From a virus: a stretch of 64,000 nucleotides of DNA. Below the pieces are notes generated by a model. It had not been told where the DNA came from, did not search any database, and worked only from the letters and a program-made list of their open reading frames with translations. Positions 37,306 through 48,875 of the stretch are shown here, piece after piece. The position numbers and the translations under genes are program-made. The stretch is from positions 64,001 to 128,000 of IMG/VR virus record IMGVR_UViG_3300042562_002450. One strand, given 5' to 3'. The first letter of the stretch is position 1. Every line of letters starts with the position of its first letter.

Positions 37306-37932
37306 TCATCCTACTTTTTGTTTGATTATATCAACTTTCATTTTAACTGTAGAAAAGTCTTCACTAAGCTCTATAGTATTAGTATTTATAATAGTCCATG
37401 TAGAGTCATTACTTGATGATCTGTATCCATTAATGTATACGTCAACTCGACCTTCATTTAATAAGAACTCTGCAGTTATTCTTGTCTTCCCTCCGAAAAC
37501 GATAGGAGGTAATGCTCTAATGGAAGGAATGCTATTGTCTGTATAGACAGTTGCTTCAATCATCGATTGGACATATCCGCTTGTGCCAGAAACTGGAGGA
37601 GCAACAGGAATAGAGCTAACAACACCAGAGGCTCCTGTTAACTTTTTTACTTCAATTGTTTCAGTATCAAGCAAGCCAGGAAAGACTCTAATCACATTAG
37701 AGCCAACAATATCATAGCCTTGACTTTGATGCAGGAATGCTCCATCTCTAAAAATAGAGATTAAGCCAGAATCCTCTAAGCTTATTCCAATCCCATCTCC
37801 AACAAGTTGAGACTGAAGATCTATGTCTGTGTAAGCCATGAAAGATTGAGTAGTTGGTGTTCCGTAAAATTTACCAGTTAGGTATGTATATGCGAAGTAC
37901 TGAGGGAATCCATTAACGACTTTTTGTGTCAT
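37306..37932 (-). CDS. Structural protein with two small beta-sandwich modules
   Basis: IFRDGAFL..GYDIVG and VDVYINGY..WTIINT repeats. Confidence 0.6.
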   Translation of the reverse strand: MTQKVVNGFPQYFAYTYLTGKFYGTPTTQSFMAYTDIDLQSQLVGDGIGISLEDSGLISIFRDGAFLHQSQGYDIVGSNVIRVFPGLLDTETIEVKKLTGASGVVSSIPVAPPVSGTSGYVQSMIEATVYTDNSIPSIRALPPIVFGGKTRITAEFLLNEGRVDVYINGYRSSSNDSTWTIINTNTIELSEDFSTVKMKVDIIKQKVG

Positions 37933-39198
37933 TTAAATCACGCATCTAGTTACAACGAGAACTAGTCCTTCTTCTGCTGTCAGCTTGTCTTCTAATGCTC
38001 TTGCAACAACTTGTCCAATAACGCCAGACTCTCCAACTCCAGGAAGATTAGAAAGAACAATAGCATCTCCCTTCTGAATCAAACCAATAACTCTACATGG
38101 TACGCGACCAGCCAAAGCAACATATGGATGTGTATCATCTAAACCAGCATCAACATTCATTTTAAATCCTGGATTCGCAGAAATAATACCAAATGGATTG
38201 AACCCATCTGCGATTGTAATTTCTTTAGCTCCACCAATTTTAACTATTGTTCCTGCTGGGTAAATAGCATCAGCTTCATATCTTTCAGCTAAGTCAGCGT
38301 ATAAAGCACTTGTTGCAGTTCCTATAAACTGACCTGCTGTTCTAACATTCCCTTTTGAATAAATTCCATTAGTAGGAATTAATATTGAATCAGTATCCAG
38401 ATCAGATGACAACAAGCTACTGATTCTTAATTGCTGAGGAGTTGTTCCATCTATTCCAGTTAGTTTGAACACTCCAGAACTTCTTAAATTTGGATTTTGA
38501 AGCTCAAGAGCTCCAGCCTTATGGAAGGTTATTCTTGAAATAGCATCCATTGAAATATCAATTCCATTAACGGTTTTAACGAATCCAGTATCTGAATCAT
38601 TAATAAAAGATATCCCTGGATTAAGAAGAGAACCATCTTGAAATAGTGATGGAACTAACATATTAAATGTTGTCTGGTTATACCAAAACTTTTCAACTCC
38701 TGCTGATGTAAAACCAACATTTCCACTAGATTTTAAATATAATCCAGTAGAGCTATCTGAAGCAAAAGCAATAGATGGACTTCCAACTAATCCATTTGCA
38801 AAAAACCCATTTGTATCTATCTGATACCAGTAAGAGTTTGCACCCTCTACTCTACAGATTAACATTACTCCACCATACTGAGATGAAGCTAGAGTTAAGT
38901 TCTGCTTATTTGCTATTCTTACATTCTGAGTACCAGTACCATGCTGAAGAATAAAAGTATTAGAAAGTGAGGGTTTATAAATTAAAAGAACTTGCCCATC
39001 GACACCGCCAGAGAATCCTGTGATCGTGACGTTTGATAGTGATGTATCGATAACAAGATTACTCTTGCCTCCAACATTAATAATTCCATCTGAAGTAACA
39101 ACCAATGATGGTGTAATCCAAAGGACTGGAGCCTTTAATGAATTTGCATGAATTGGGCCAGTATAATTATCCTGATAATATGCATATGGAAAAGGCAT
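37933..39198 (-). CDS. Tail fibre protein with C-terminal autoproteolytic chaperone-like domain (Peptidase_G2/IMC-like)
   Basis: PSIAFASDSSTG shaft repeats; YADLAERY...FGIIS...VALAGRVPCRV...KGD...VARALED. Confidence 0.7.
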   Translation of the reverse strand: MPFPYAYYQDNYTGPIHANSLKAPVLWITPSLVVTSDGIINVGGKSNLVIDTSLSNVTITGFSGGVDGQVLLIYKPSLSNTFILQHGTGTQNVRIANKQNLTLASSQYGGVMLICRVEGANSYWYQIDTNGFFANGLVGSPSIAFASDSSTGLYLKSSGNVGFTSAGVEKFWYNQTTFNMLVPSLFQDGSLLNPGISFINDSDTGFVKTVNGIDISMDAISRITFHKAGALELQNPNLRSSGVFKLTGIDGTTPQQLRISSLLSSDLDTDSILIPTNGIYSKGNVRTAGQFIGTATSALYADLAERYEADAIYPAGTIVKIGGAKEITIADGFNPFGIISANPGFKMNVDAGLDDTHPYVALAGRVPCRVIGLIQKGDAIVLSNLPGVGESGVIGQVVARALEDKLTAEEGLVLVVTRCVI

Positions 39199-40118
39199 TA
39201 CTCTAGCTCCTCAATCACTGAGGCATATAATTTTCCCCCAGCTTTTATGAAAGTGAATCCACTCTGTTTCCCAGCACGAATAAGGGTAAGAGGCAATCCT
39301 CCCTGCCATAGTGCAACAGGAAAAGTTACATTTATATTTGAACCACTATTGTTTTTAATAAAGAAAGTTTTAACTTTCCCATCTTGATCATTGTTAAAAG
39401 TAAATGTTGTATTTGCTGATAGCTCAGAGTAAAAATACTCAGCAGTATTCCAATCAACAATATTTGAAAAGATTTGAAGATATCTTTCATCTAGCTCAAA
39501 CGTAGTTAGTTCTGATTCATCAAAGAAACAGATTCCACCATTTGAGATTAGTTCTATATAAAATTTAACATAACGAGTATTCGGCTTAAGAGACCTTATA
39601 GATGAAGCTGATTCACCAAAAGCTGTAGATTTATAAAAAGAATAAACGTTAGTTGAAACTGGAGTTACAGCATTAGCTACAAATCCTCCATTGGTCCCAA
39701 GATAGACTTGGTCTTCATCGTAACATCTTATTCCAACATTTACAGTTGTTGCTAAATTATTTGCTCCAAAATAAATTTTTGCGGTAGCTCCTCTAGTATC
39801 AGAAACAGGAACAAATCTATTATATTCAAAGATTCCAGTTTCACTAATTTCATATCTTCCTTTACCAATCTTACTTGCACCAAACTGATTATAAGTAAGC
39901 GTTCCTGTTCCGCTAACTCTAGTCCACTTATCAACGAAAAGACCTTTCTTTGACCAGTTAATTAAACCAGGAGACATAGCATCAGGAGATGAATCTTTTA
40001 AACCATTATCAATTGCAATTAGTAAAGCATCTAGACTTACACCAGAAGCATTCGCTAAGTATGGAAGAACTCTCTCCACTCTAATATCAATAACTTCAGC
40101 TTTAGTTGTTAGTGCCAT
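39198..40118 (-). CDS. Virion protein with carbohydrate-binding-like beta domain
   Basis: 306 aa; VGIRCYDEDQVYLG...PNTRYVK segment is shared with the C-terminus of 54082-56787. Confidence 0.55.
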   Translation of the reverse strand: MALTTKAEVIDIRVERVLPYLANASGVSLDALLIAIDNGLKDSSPDAMSPGLINWSKKGLFVDKWTRVSGTGTLTYNQFGASKIGKGRYEISETGIFEYNRFVPVSDTRGATAKIYFGANNLATTVNVGIRCYDEDQVYLGTNGGFVANAVTPVSTNVYSFYKSTAFGESASSIRSLKPNTRYVKFYIELISNGGICFFDESELTTFELDERYLQIFSNIVDWNTAEYFYSELSANTTFTFNNDQDGKVKTFFIKNNSGSNINVTFPVALWQGGLPLTLIRAGKQSGFTFIKAGGKLYASVIEELE

Positions 40119-40127
40119 CTTTTAATC

Positions 40128-43070
40128 CTAATAAAAATTTGCAGCTGGTGCAGTACCCATCATTTGTACTCCATCAACAATAAATTGTCTTCTGTCTTCT
40201 ATAACCCCTATCTTAACCGCAGCATCGCCAAGTGTAAATCCACCATTTAAAGTTCTCCATGGTTTAAAATTACCTTGAGAAGTTAAATATAATGGCTTGC
40301 CAATATCTTGATCATCAAATGCTATTTCTGAAGAGTGAAGTGAAATTGACTTATGTATATCAATAGAGTCTCCAATATTGATATTAATAGTAGGATTAAC
40401 CATACCTATAACCCAAAACTTTTGATCAAGATTTGCATTAGCCTTATCGGCTTTATAAATACGACTTCTGGTTTCTCCATCTATAGCAAAACGAACTAGT
40501 TTAGTTTCATTTGCATTAAACGCTTCTCCTGCGATTCCGACTTTCCATGCTCTAGAAGACCTAGGTACAAGGACAACCTTAACAAGCAAATGACCACCAT
40601 CTACAAGTCCAACCTGAACTTCTTCGTCATTTGGAAGATAAGTAACATTTGATCTGGAAACAATAGATCCAGGATTTCTTGGATCAACAACAAGTAATGT
40701 ATCATGAGCTATGCCCAAACCTGTAAGCTTAAACTGACCCGATATGACAACAAGGCCAGTTGTTCCTACTTGTATATTCTCAGCAGCAAGACCAATACAT
40801 CTCGAAGCACTTAAACTATTTGAAGTATCACAAAGGATAACAGCGTTAGGCAAAGATGGATGCAGGGCAAGAGCTTTGCCTTTAGGAATTAGAATTCCAG
40901 TACCATTAAACATTTCGATTTTAACTACAGTTTTTGCTTCGTCAATTTCATTTAAAATGTTAATATCTTTAGCTACGTTATTCTTATATTGATGATATAT
41001 CAAATCAGAATTACTATTTACATATAATTGATTTTGATCAAGATCTCCAACTAGTGTGCTTATCTTTTGGAATAATAAACTCTTTAAATTAAAAATTTTA
41101 TTTGTTATGTTTACGCTACCAGCTATATCTAAAAGTAGATCGGTATCATAAGATAACATTTGGACTGGGCCATAAAGACCAGCTATCGAGATGATTGGTC
41201 CAGCAAGATAAGCAGATTGTAATGTTGGAACTTCAAAGCCACCTGTAACTGCTGCGGCGGCATATGTTACTCTAAAATGTATTGAACTATTTGGAGCAAT
41301 ATCTTTAAGAGCTCTGATTCTACCAATTGGCTCACCTTGTGTCTCTTCGTAATCCTTACCAACTTCTTGATATAGTCCATCTATATAGACTTCTAGTTGT
41401 CCTCTGCCTGGCTTGTATGTTTGAAGCAAACCACCAGCTCTACTATTTGACGGAAGAGTAACTAAGGCACCAGCCGCAACACCTGAGATGCCAACTAAGA
41501 CAACTTCATCATAATACGCTGCAGACATTCCCATAGTAAGGAAAGGTCTTTGATCTTCGAGTATCTCGATAGAAGAGAGAGATATACCACCAAGGCCATC
41601 TCCTTGAACAATAAACATTGCAAGTTTCATGAATGCAGAAGGGATGAAGTTAGCATATTCCGCTATAGCATCAGCTCTTAATGTTCTTTGTGGTCCATAG
41701 TAAAAATGAACAGTATCATTGTCTTTAATGTATACATTAAATATTTGCCACTTGCTTCCAAGACCTACAGCTTGAGCGTCAGAAATAAACTTAGCCTGAA
41801 TATCGATAGTAGCCCCAGCATAGCTAGAGGCTCTTTCCATTCCAATCCATGCTCCTATCTTTTCACCATCATAATTAATTGAATAACCAGGTGCAACTGT
41901 TAGTTGCTTAACCCCAGGAATAAGTTTAACTTTGAGCAAGTCAGTAAAGGTTAAATCTCCAATCCCAACATAGCCTGTTCTATTTGGCAGTTTCCAGATC
42001 TGACTTTGCGTTAATGACTGCTTGGTTAAGGTACCATTGAATGCAGTTGTTCTGTCAGACAATTCATAAGTTGTCCCTAGGACATTCCCTTGATCAGTAA
42101 CTTGAAATCCAAGTCGTTTTTGTGAATCAAGTATTTTTAAATTAGTAGAGTCATTATTTGCACCTAATTCAAAAGAATAGTTAAGTGCTGATTTACCAAG
42201 AAAATCATTAAAACTTGTGCTGTATCCAGTACCTGTTTTGTTGATAACAAGAGCATCATTTGATGATGACTCGTTGATTGTAAGACGACCAGTAAAGATG
42301 TCTGTCGAGTTTCTTAATGATCTATTAAGTGATGTTTGTGCATTTGCAGAACTATTATTTTTAACTGTTGAACTATTGCTTGCACTGTAAGCTTGAATTA
42401 ATGGTGTAGACCATGCGATCTGATTTCCATTATAATCAACTACTGTTATTGTTCTTGTTTCTGGTCCGGCTACTGTTGATTGGAATTCTACAGTATCACC
42501 TGGATTAAACCATTTAATATCTACAGCTGAGATATTTGCTTGGGTTGCCCCCGTATTAATACTTATAGGTAATACGTATTGGTTTCCAACACTAATAGCA
42601 GATGCATCATGTGCATTACTTGTTTTTTCAAGATGTGCAATTAGATTACTAAATTGCTCTGCGATGTCACCAGTTATGCTTGGGAAAAGAATACCATAAA
42701 GATTTTGAACTTGAGTTCCAAGTTCATTATGTTGAAACTCAAGGCTTGAAATTAAATTACTAAGGACTAGGTAGTCAGCATCAGTCATTGCATTAAATGC
42801 TAATTTAAGCTTTGTGATAGTGCTATTGGCAATCACTCCACCATCAATACTATTAGGAAGTAAAGAATGTGCAGTTGCTAAGTCTTTAGCTATATGCAAA
42901 GTAATTGAAGCTGAATTTGCAATTGCTTCGTTTAAAGTAGTTCCAGTCCCAGTGAATCCATTAAGCTGGTTCAACAAAGAGGCATTAACACTTAACCCTG
43001 CTAACAGATTGATTTGATCTTCTGTTGTTGTTATATTCTGGAGATCCCTCCATCGAGTTATACCACTCAT
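40128..43070 (-). CDS. Large virion structural/fibre protein
   Basis: 980 aa. AHDASAIS fibre motif, LEVYIDG...DYEE module, two C-terminal DUF2190/cement-like repeats. Confidence 0.65.
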   Translation of the reverse strand: MSGITRWRDLQNITTTEDQINLLAGLSVNASLLNQLNGFTGTGTTLNEAIANSASITLHIAKDLATAHSLLPNSIDGGVIANSTITKLKLAFNAMTDADYLVLSNLISSLEFQHNELGTQVQNLYGILFPSITGDIAEQFSNLIAHLEKTSNAHDASAISVGNQYVLPISINTGATQANISAVDIKWFNPGDTVEFQSTVAGPETRTITVVDYNGNQIAWSTPLIQAYSASNSSTVKNNSSANAQTSLNRSLRNSTDIFTGRLTINESSSNDALVINKTGTGYSTSFNDFLGKSALNYSFELGANNDSTNLKILDSQKRLGFQVTDQGNVLGTTYELSDRTTAFNGTLTKQSLTQSQIWKLPNRTGYVGIGDLTFTDLLKVKLIPGVKQLTVAPGYSINYDGEKIGAWIGMERASSYAGATIDIQAKFISDAQAVGLGSKWQIFNVYIKDNDTVHFYYGPQRTLRADAIAEYANFIPSAFMKLAMFIVQGDGLGGISLSSIEILEDQRPFLTMGMSAAYYDEVVLVGISGVAAGALVTLPSNSRAGGLLQTYKPGRGQLEVYIDGLYQEVGKDYEETQGEPIGRIRALKDIAPNSSIHFRVTYAAAAVTGGFEVPTLQSAYLAGPIISIAGLYGPVQMLSYDTDLLLDIAGSVNITNKIFNLKSLLFQKISTLVGDLDQNQLYVNSNSDLIYHQYKNNVAKDINILNEIDEAKTVVKIEMFNGTGILIPKGKALALHPSLPNAVILCDTSNSLSASRCIGLAAENIQVGTTGLVVISGQFKLTGLGIAHDTLLVVDPRNPGSIVSRSNVTYLPNDEEVQVGLVDGGHLLVKVVLVPRSSRAWKVGIAGEAFNANETKLVRFAIDGETRSRIYKADKANANLDQKFWVIGMVNPTININIGDSIDIHKSISLHSSEIAFDDQDIGKPLYLTSQGNFKPWRTLNGGFTLGDAAVKIGVIEDRRQFIVDGVQMMGTAPAANFY

Positions 43071-44023
43071 TATTTCTCTCCAGTAATGTCAATATCATAA
43101 TGAATCCAGATCATATCATCTGACCCGTTTGTATCGCTTTCTAATGCAGGCCTTATTGATGTAATCGTAAAGCCCTTATTGTTTGGATGTTCTGTATAGA
43201 ACTTTGATTTCTTCTGCTCTACTCCATTGATTAAAACCTTCAAAGAACCAGGATTAAATTCTTCACCAGAAGGAAGATAGTAATCTCTATTAGTTCCATC
43301 AAGAGCACCAATTGGAGTTACATGATATCTATGCTCATGGAACTTAAGATGCCTATGATCCATTGAGTTAAAATCAGAGTTATAATTATGAGAATCTTGT
43401 ATAGCTTTGATCTGATCGAAAAGAGAATGGATAAGAGACTGAGTCCCATTTCCTTGCAAGTAAGAGCTACTTCCAGACACGTCTAATGCTAATTGATCAA
43501 TAAATCTTGAGTGACTACTAATCGCTCCATCTATAGAAGAAGGGCTTGATTCTGTCCCAGGGTTGAATATTCTAGATCCAATTGCTTGTTTTTGTCGTGG
43601 CGTTAAACCACTGTTCTTATTTGTCTGTGCAATTTTTATATCTAAATCTTGAATGTTTTGGTTCAACTGATTTTGAATTTTATTGAATGTTTCTTTTATT
43701 GTTAAGGGTCTTCTTGAATCATCATTGTAGAATCGACCATTGTCAGAGACTGAGGTAGAGGTTAAGTCTGTAAAAAATTGACTACCATCAAAACCATTAA
43801 GAAATGGATTTGGTGTAGAAGTTCTATTATCTTTAATTACACCAATAGAACCTGTAGGTAAAGTATCTATTAATGGTTGTAGTTGCGTATTCCATGCAAT
43901 ACTGATTTGAGCTAAAGAATTCTTTATCTCTTCCATTGTGGCGTTATAGTCTGCAGAAGATGTTGGCCCCTTATTTGGAGCAATCCTTTCCGTCAAACCT
44001 ACATCTATCTTATTTAATGCCAT
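43070..44023 (-). CDS. Virion structural protein
   Basis: NKGPTSSADYN N-terminal motif; C-terminal PGSLKVLINGVEQ module. Confidence 0.6.
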   Translation of the reverse strand: MALNKIDVGLTERIAPNKGPTSSADYNATMEEIKNSLAQISIAWNTQLQPLIDTLPTGSIGVIKDNRTSTPNPFLNGFDGSQFFTDLTSTSVSDNGRFYNDDSRRPLTIKETFNKIQNQLNQNIQDLDIKIAQTNKNSGLTPRQKQAIGSRIFNPGTESSPSSIDGAISSHSRFIDQLALDVSGSSSYLQGNGTQSLIHSLFDQIKAIQDSHNYNSDFNSMDHRHLKFHEHRYHVTPIGALDGTNRDYYLPSGEEFNPGSLKVLINGVEQKKSKFYTEHPNNKGFTITSIRPALESDTNGSDDMIWIHYDIDITGEK

Positions 44024-44034
44024 ATCTTCCCTAA

Positions 44035-46119
44035 CTATCTAATCTTAACTAAATATTCAGTTAAGATAGGTGATACATTGTTATTCGTTGTTTCAAGGAT
44101 TGCCTTAAAAATCAAACCCTTAATGTTCTCAGCACTATGTAGCTTTGTTATTATAGAGAATGTTTCATTGTTTATCAATCCAATATCTGGATCCGACTTT
44201 ACAATAATACGTTCTTGATTAGTATTATCTATTTTATAGGAGAAAACATCAAGTTCATTTTTAGCTTTTGATACAAAAGTATCGAAATTAAACTCTCTCA
44301 TCTTAATTGCCCAGCAATTCCTAGGATTACTAGAATAGATCCCAGATTTATCAATAATTTTAAGTAGAGTGGTATCATCAATAACTTGAGATAGACTCCT
44401 CCCATAGAGTGTTTGGCCAATGCCTTCAATCAAATATTTATGATTATATGGATATAAAGGATCTACAGATTGAGTTGATGCTACAGGCAATGAAGATAAG
44501 TCAATTGACTTCCAATTGTCCCTATGCGTCACTATGAAGTTCAGGCCCTTAGCTATGCCAACTTTACCATTAACTTTTTTATTATTAATGAAAATTTCAG
44601 TTGAGCCAGTATCAATAAGTATTCCATCTTCATCTTCCACTAAGAGATATGTTGAATAGTAAGAACCATCGAATGCCCAACCAGTTTGAGTCTTAAGATT
44701 CTCTAAGCCAAGACTTAGTTGAGAGTTCTGATCTAATCCATTCCTTAGAAGGGTAGTTTGGCTTTTTGAGTATCCAGAAGGAAGCACCGTGTCTAGGCAG
44801 AAATCATATTGCGCTTTGTCTTTATAGCTTAGACTTTCCTTAAGATTTAAATTATTAATTACAGGAAAGCTTGAAACATTTAAAAAGTCGAAAACAACAA
44901 GATCTTTGTCTGCAAAATTTAATGGATAATAAGTAAGATCCAAGATGCTTTTTATTTGATTATTAATATCTTCTAGCTCACTTTCATAGACTGGAGCTAG
45001 TGAGTATTTAATAGAAGATTCTGATGGCTTAGAGTCACAAATCTTAACACTAGCAATCTTTATATTATTTTTAAAAACAATAGGTTTTGAATAAAAGTAA
45101 CCAAGATCATTTCTTGATATCTTATTGTATTTTTTACCATAAAAAGAAACAGATCTAAGCCCGAAGTTATAAACATAAGAGTCAGAAAAGAATCCATCAT
45201 TCCCAAATTTTGTAAGCCTAATTTTCCAGTATTCTGACTTTAATCCTTTGAAAGATAAAGATGTAAGATTCTGAAGTCTCTTCTTATTTTCACCATCTGG
45301 AATAAGCCAGTTGAGTCCATCATTAGAATAATAAATTTCTAGATTAACTTGAGTTCTTAAATCTACAGAATAAGGATCGAATACAATCTTATTAACTTCA
45401 ACTTCTGAAGAGGGAACTCTGATTATAATATCAACATAAACTGATGACAAAGCTTCTGATGCTGATATTTGATGCATCCAAACTTTGTTACTTCCTTTTA
45501 CTATATTCTCAATTCCCATCTCTCCAACATCTACTGAGTTGCTTATTCTAGGATTGACCTCAGCTAAAAGCCGAATATCTACAGCACTAGTAGCAAGGTC
45601 TATGCCGTACTGCTCTTTACTTTGTAAGCTAACTTCCCCTAATGCTAAATTGGCATCTATCGTTGAATTCTTAATATCAACCATATCTTTAGATGAAAAC
45701 TTTTCATAAAAAAGCTCTTCATGAGTATCTGTGTTCTTTGATTCAAAAAGAACTTTCTCAACATTTTTTTTGATTGTATCTATCTTGTTCTGAAGACTTT
45801 TAAGTTTTGAAAAACTAGTATCATATAGATCGGAAACTTTATTTTCCTGATCTAGGACAGCATTAATGCAAGTATTTAAATCTAACTCTATAGCTTCAAA
45901 TGTCTGATTACTTTTTGAGGCAGAAGATATCTCTCCTTCTTCAATGTAGTAATTAGTTCCTGCTAAGATTGGATTTTGAAATTGATTACTTTTCAAAGCA
46001 AAAGCATTTATCTTTTCTTCTATTTGTAATTGAGTTGGGATCTTTGAACTTTTAAGAAAATCTTTTAAGATCTTGCCTTTCATGAATTCATAATAAAAAG
46101 CAGAAATTGAATATTTCAC
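44035..46119 (-). CDS. Putative baseplate/tail structural protein
   Basis: 694 aa in a tightly coupled structural operon; contains a discoidin-like LEIYYSNDGLNW...YWKIRL segment. Confidence 0.55.
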   Translation of the reverse strand: MKYSISAFYYEFMKGKILKDFLKSSKIPTQLQIEEKINAFALKSNQFQNPILAGTNYYIEEGEISSASKSNQTFEAIELDLNTCINAVLDQENKVSDLYDTSFSKLKSLQNKIDTIKKNVEKVLFESKNTDTHEELFYEKFSSKDMVDIKNSTIDANLALGEVSLQSKEQYGIDLATSAVDIRLLAEVNPRISNSVDVGEMGIENIVKGSNKVWMHQISASEALSSVYVDIIIRVPSSEVEVNKIVFDPYSVDLRTQVNLEIYYSNDGLNWLIPDGENKKRLQNLTSLSFKGLKSEYWKIRLTKFGNDGFFSDSYVYNFGLRSVSFYGKKYNKISRNDLGYFYSKPIVFKNNIKIASVKICDSKPSESSIKYSLAPVYESELEDINNQIKSILDLTYYPLNFADKDLVVFDFLNVSSFPVINNLNLKESLSYKDKAQYDFCLDTVLPSGYSKSQTTLLRNGLDQNSQLSLGLENLKTQTGWAFDGSYYSTYLLVEDEDGILIDTGSTEIFINNKKVNGKVGIAKGLNFIVTHRDNWKSIDLSSLPVASTQSVDPLYPYNHKYLIEGIGQTLYGRSLSQVIDDTTLLKIIDKSGIYSSNPRNCWAIKMREFNFDTFVSKAKNELDVFSYKIDNTNQERIIVKSDPDIGLINNETFSIITKLHSAENIKGLIFKAILETTNNNVSPILTEYLVKIR

Positions 46120-48875
46120 AAAGATTCCTTCGGAGTTGTAATAAGATTGTATTCCATAATAAATGGAGTAACATAAGGAAGCAAGTCAGATAATGATTCT
46201 TTGATTTCTTCAGTGTATGAATACTCAACTTTAAGAAGAGAAGACAATGAAGGATCATCAAAAGATGAATTAAAAAAATCACTAACAAACTTTTCGCTAA
46301 ACTCTAACTCTTGGTTATCTCTACGAATAACATAGCTTGTTTCTGGAATCTTAGAAACAATATTATACTCTGCATAATAATTACTATTAATTAGTATCCC
46401 AGAGAAAGTTCCACTTTCTTTTTCTTGTAAGTAAACAATACCATTCTTGTAATCAATAGCATATCTTCCACTTGATCCTAGTTCGTTGAACTTCTTTTCC
46501 ATTTCAGAATACTGGACTTCTTCTTTCATTGTAGAAGGAATTTCAATAAAAGAAACTGTTTTTTCTTCTATGTTTTTAAATCCAAGATTAACAGCATAAG
46601 TATCTACAGGTGCGATAATCTTAAAAGTTCTATTCTCTTTCTTTAAGATTTCTGTTGTAATTAACTCTCCATCATTTAAGTCAAAAGAGATCGGATTCTT
46701 TTTCTTATATGAGATGTTAACTCTAACTTCATCAGTTGAGCTTAATGGCTTATACGTATATAAGATCCCTCTTTTTTTATCAATTGAGTAATCTCCATTA
46801 GAAAATAATTCTAATACCCCATTGATATAGTCCTTTTCAGATAAAAGAACAGATTCCGTATCAGCAAGAACGCTAACAGACTGAACTTCAGAAAGACCTG
46901 TCCTATGAACAGACGCTAGGTTCCTTAGTTTGAATACTGACTCGGATATACTTTCATCTATGGAATAGATTGAGATATTATCCTTAATAGCATCATGTCT
47001 AAAATTAGTCTTAATTAAAGTACCTTTCTCTCTAGGAGAAAGAGTTACATTTTCTCTTTTTAATTTAAAGAATATATCACCGCTTGGCTTTTTCCCAAGT
47101 CTTGCTGAGTTTTCTTCTTTATGAAATGTTGCAATATTATTTAGATAATCAAACTCATAGACTAGTGAGTTTACATTATGAGATGGTAAGAACTTATCAA
47201 CTCTAGTCCAAAGATAATTATCAATAAATAATTCTTCTTGATCTATCTGAATAGAATCAAGACCAAAAACATCTAATGGCATCTGTACAAGATACCTATC
47301 TGTTAATTCTTTAACTAAGTTAGCTTTTACTTTTAAGTATGTATCTTTTCCTACAGATCCAAAGTTTGTTCTGTATAAAAAGACTTGACCAAATGGCTTC
47401 TGGTTAAGAGATAAGATTTTAGATCCAATAGGAATACTTTTAAATTCAACTTGTTTTTTTGTTATTGGACTAGAGAGTACAGAAGCACCGTCTTCACTTT
47501 CTTTTATTGAGAAATCAGCTTTAAGTTTAACAGAAATTATTGGAAAATCTGTCTTTTTTGAATCAACTAGGTAATCAACATTATATGTTAATATCTCTGG
47601 AATCTTATCTTTTATTTTTTGGGTTGGAGAAATCTCCTCCCAATTAAGTCCATCATCCACTGAGATAAAATAGTCGAATTTGCTTTCAAATCCAGCAGGA
47701 GAATATTCTTTTGTAAACAAGCCTATTTTAGATATTTCTTTATTTGAAAGAAATGTTGTTGTTACAAGTTGTCCCTCGTTCTTATATTTTTGAGATTTTA
47801 TTTTAATTTCTCTAAGCCCGATTGCTCTTCTGTATTTAGTTCCTGAAGATGTTCTTATGAAATAAGAGCTATCTTCAATAAGTTTAATTGATAAGAATTT
47901 AATTTTTTTTGGATAGAAATATAATAAATTTTCTGAATTTGGATTCTCTAGATTATTTCCTAGTTGTATAATTGAATTTCCAATTGAATCAAACCCTTGA
48001 TCTCCAAGATATAACTTTTTCAAATCAAAAAAAGATGAACCATCAACTGAACCTTTAATCTCAAGGATAGCAGGAGATGAGCCATTAGGCATTTGGACTG
48101 TTGCAATATCTAAAAGATTAAAAAATATTTCTTTTTCAAGTTCTAGTTTTAAATTCAAAACAGTAGGAGCTTCAAGTTCATTTGTTCCTACTTGTTCGAA
48201 CTCGAACCACGTATCGTTAGATCCATCAATTGCAAGTCTTAAAGCATCTCTCGCTAGAGAGTTTAGCTCTTGGTTGTTTCCTGATGTTCCTATGCTATCC
48301 TCTACTATATTTAATCGTAAGACTTTAGCAGACTCAGCTTCTTTATTTAGTGGGAGTACAGCATTACTATTAAAGATATCAATAAAAGCTTTTTCTTTTG
48401 TGAACTTAGTTTTGTCATTTTCTATCTTATAAAGATTAAAGAAAGAATCAGAAAAAAGAGGTGAAAACTTATTTGTATTCTGAATTTTATAGTCTATAAG
48501 CTTTGATGATGCTTCCGCTATATCGGACTTGAGCTTAAGGCTCATGCCTGACAATGTATTGTAATTGCTTGATAAGACATCTCTAATACTTGATAGTGTC
48601 TGATAAAGAATATTTAAATCATTATAAGCATTATAGTAATTATTATTTATTTTAACTATATCGGGATTTGATCCTTCGAGAATAGAGCTATGTTTAAATA
48701 TGCTTCTATTAAGATTACTATAGTATTCTTTTGTTACCTTATTAAAGGCAGATGAAATATCTTCCTTTGTTGAAAGTCCCAATACTCCTAGCTCACTGTT
48801 CAGATCATTTAGAATTGTTCTTAGTTTAATATCTAAGTAGATTCCAGAATGTGATGTCTCTATTTTATTTGTCAT
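46116..48875 (-). CDS. Putative baseplate/tail structural protein
   Basis: 919 aa; repeated YSIDxxxGIxY motifs. Confidence 0.55.
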   Translation of the reverse strand: MTNKIETSHSGIYLDIKLRTILNDLNSELGVLGLSTKEDISSAFNKVTKEYYSNLNRSIFKHSSILEGSNPDIVKINNNYYNAYNDLNILYQTLSSIRDVLSSNYNTLSGMSLKLKSDIAEASSKLIDYKIQNTNKFSPLFSDSFFNLYKIENDKTKFTKEKAFIDIFNSNAVLPLNKEAESAKVLRLNIVEDSIGTSGNNQELNSLARDALRLAIDGSNDTWFEFEQVGTNELEAPTVLNLKLELEKEIFFNLLDIATVQMPNGSSPAILEIKGSVDGSSFFDLKKLYLGDQGFDSIGNSIIQLGNNLENPNSENLLYFYPKKIKFLSIKLIEDSSYFIRTSSGTKYRRAIGLREIKIKSQKYKNEGQLVTTTFLSNKEISKIGLFTKEYSPAGFESKFDYFISVDDGLNWEEISPTQKIKDKIPEILTYNVDYLVDSKKTDFPIISVKLKADFSIKESEDGASVLSSPITKKQVEFKSIPIGSKILSLNQKPFGQVFLYRTNFGSVGKDTYLKVKANLVKELTDRYLVQMPLDVFGLDSIQIDQEELFIDNYLWTRVDKFLPSHNVNSLVYEFDYLNNIATFHKEENSARLGKKPSGDIFFKLKRENVTLSPREKGTLIKTNFRHDAIKDNISIYSIDESISESVFKLRNLASVHRTGLSEVQSVSVLADTESVLLSEKDYINGVLELFSNGDYSIDKKRGILYTYKPLSSTDEVRVNISYKKKNPISFDLNDGELITTEILKKENRTFKIIAPVDTYAVNLGFKNIEEKTVSFIEIPSTMKEEVQYSEMEKKFNELGSSGRYAIDYKNGIVYLQEKESGTFSGILINSNYYAEYNIVSKIPETSYVIRRDNQELEFSEKFVSDFFNSSFDDPSLSSLLKVEYSYTEEIKESLSDLLPYVTPFIMEYNLITTPKESL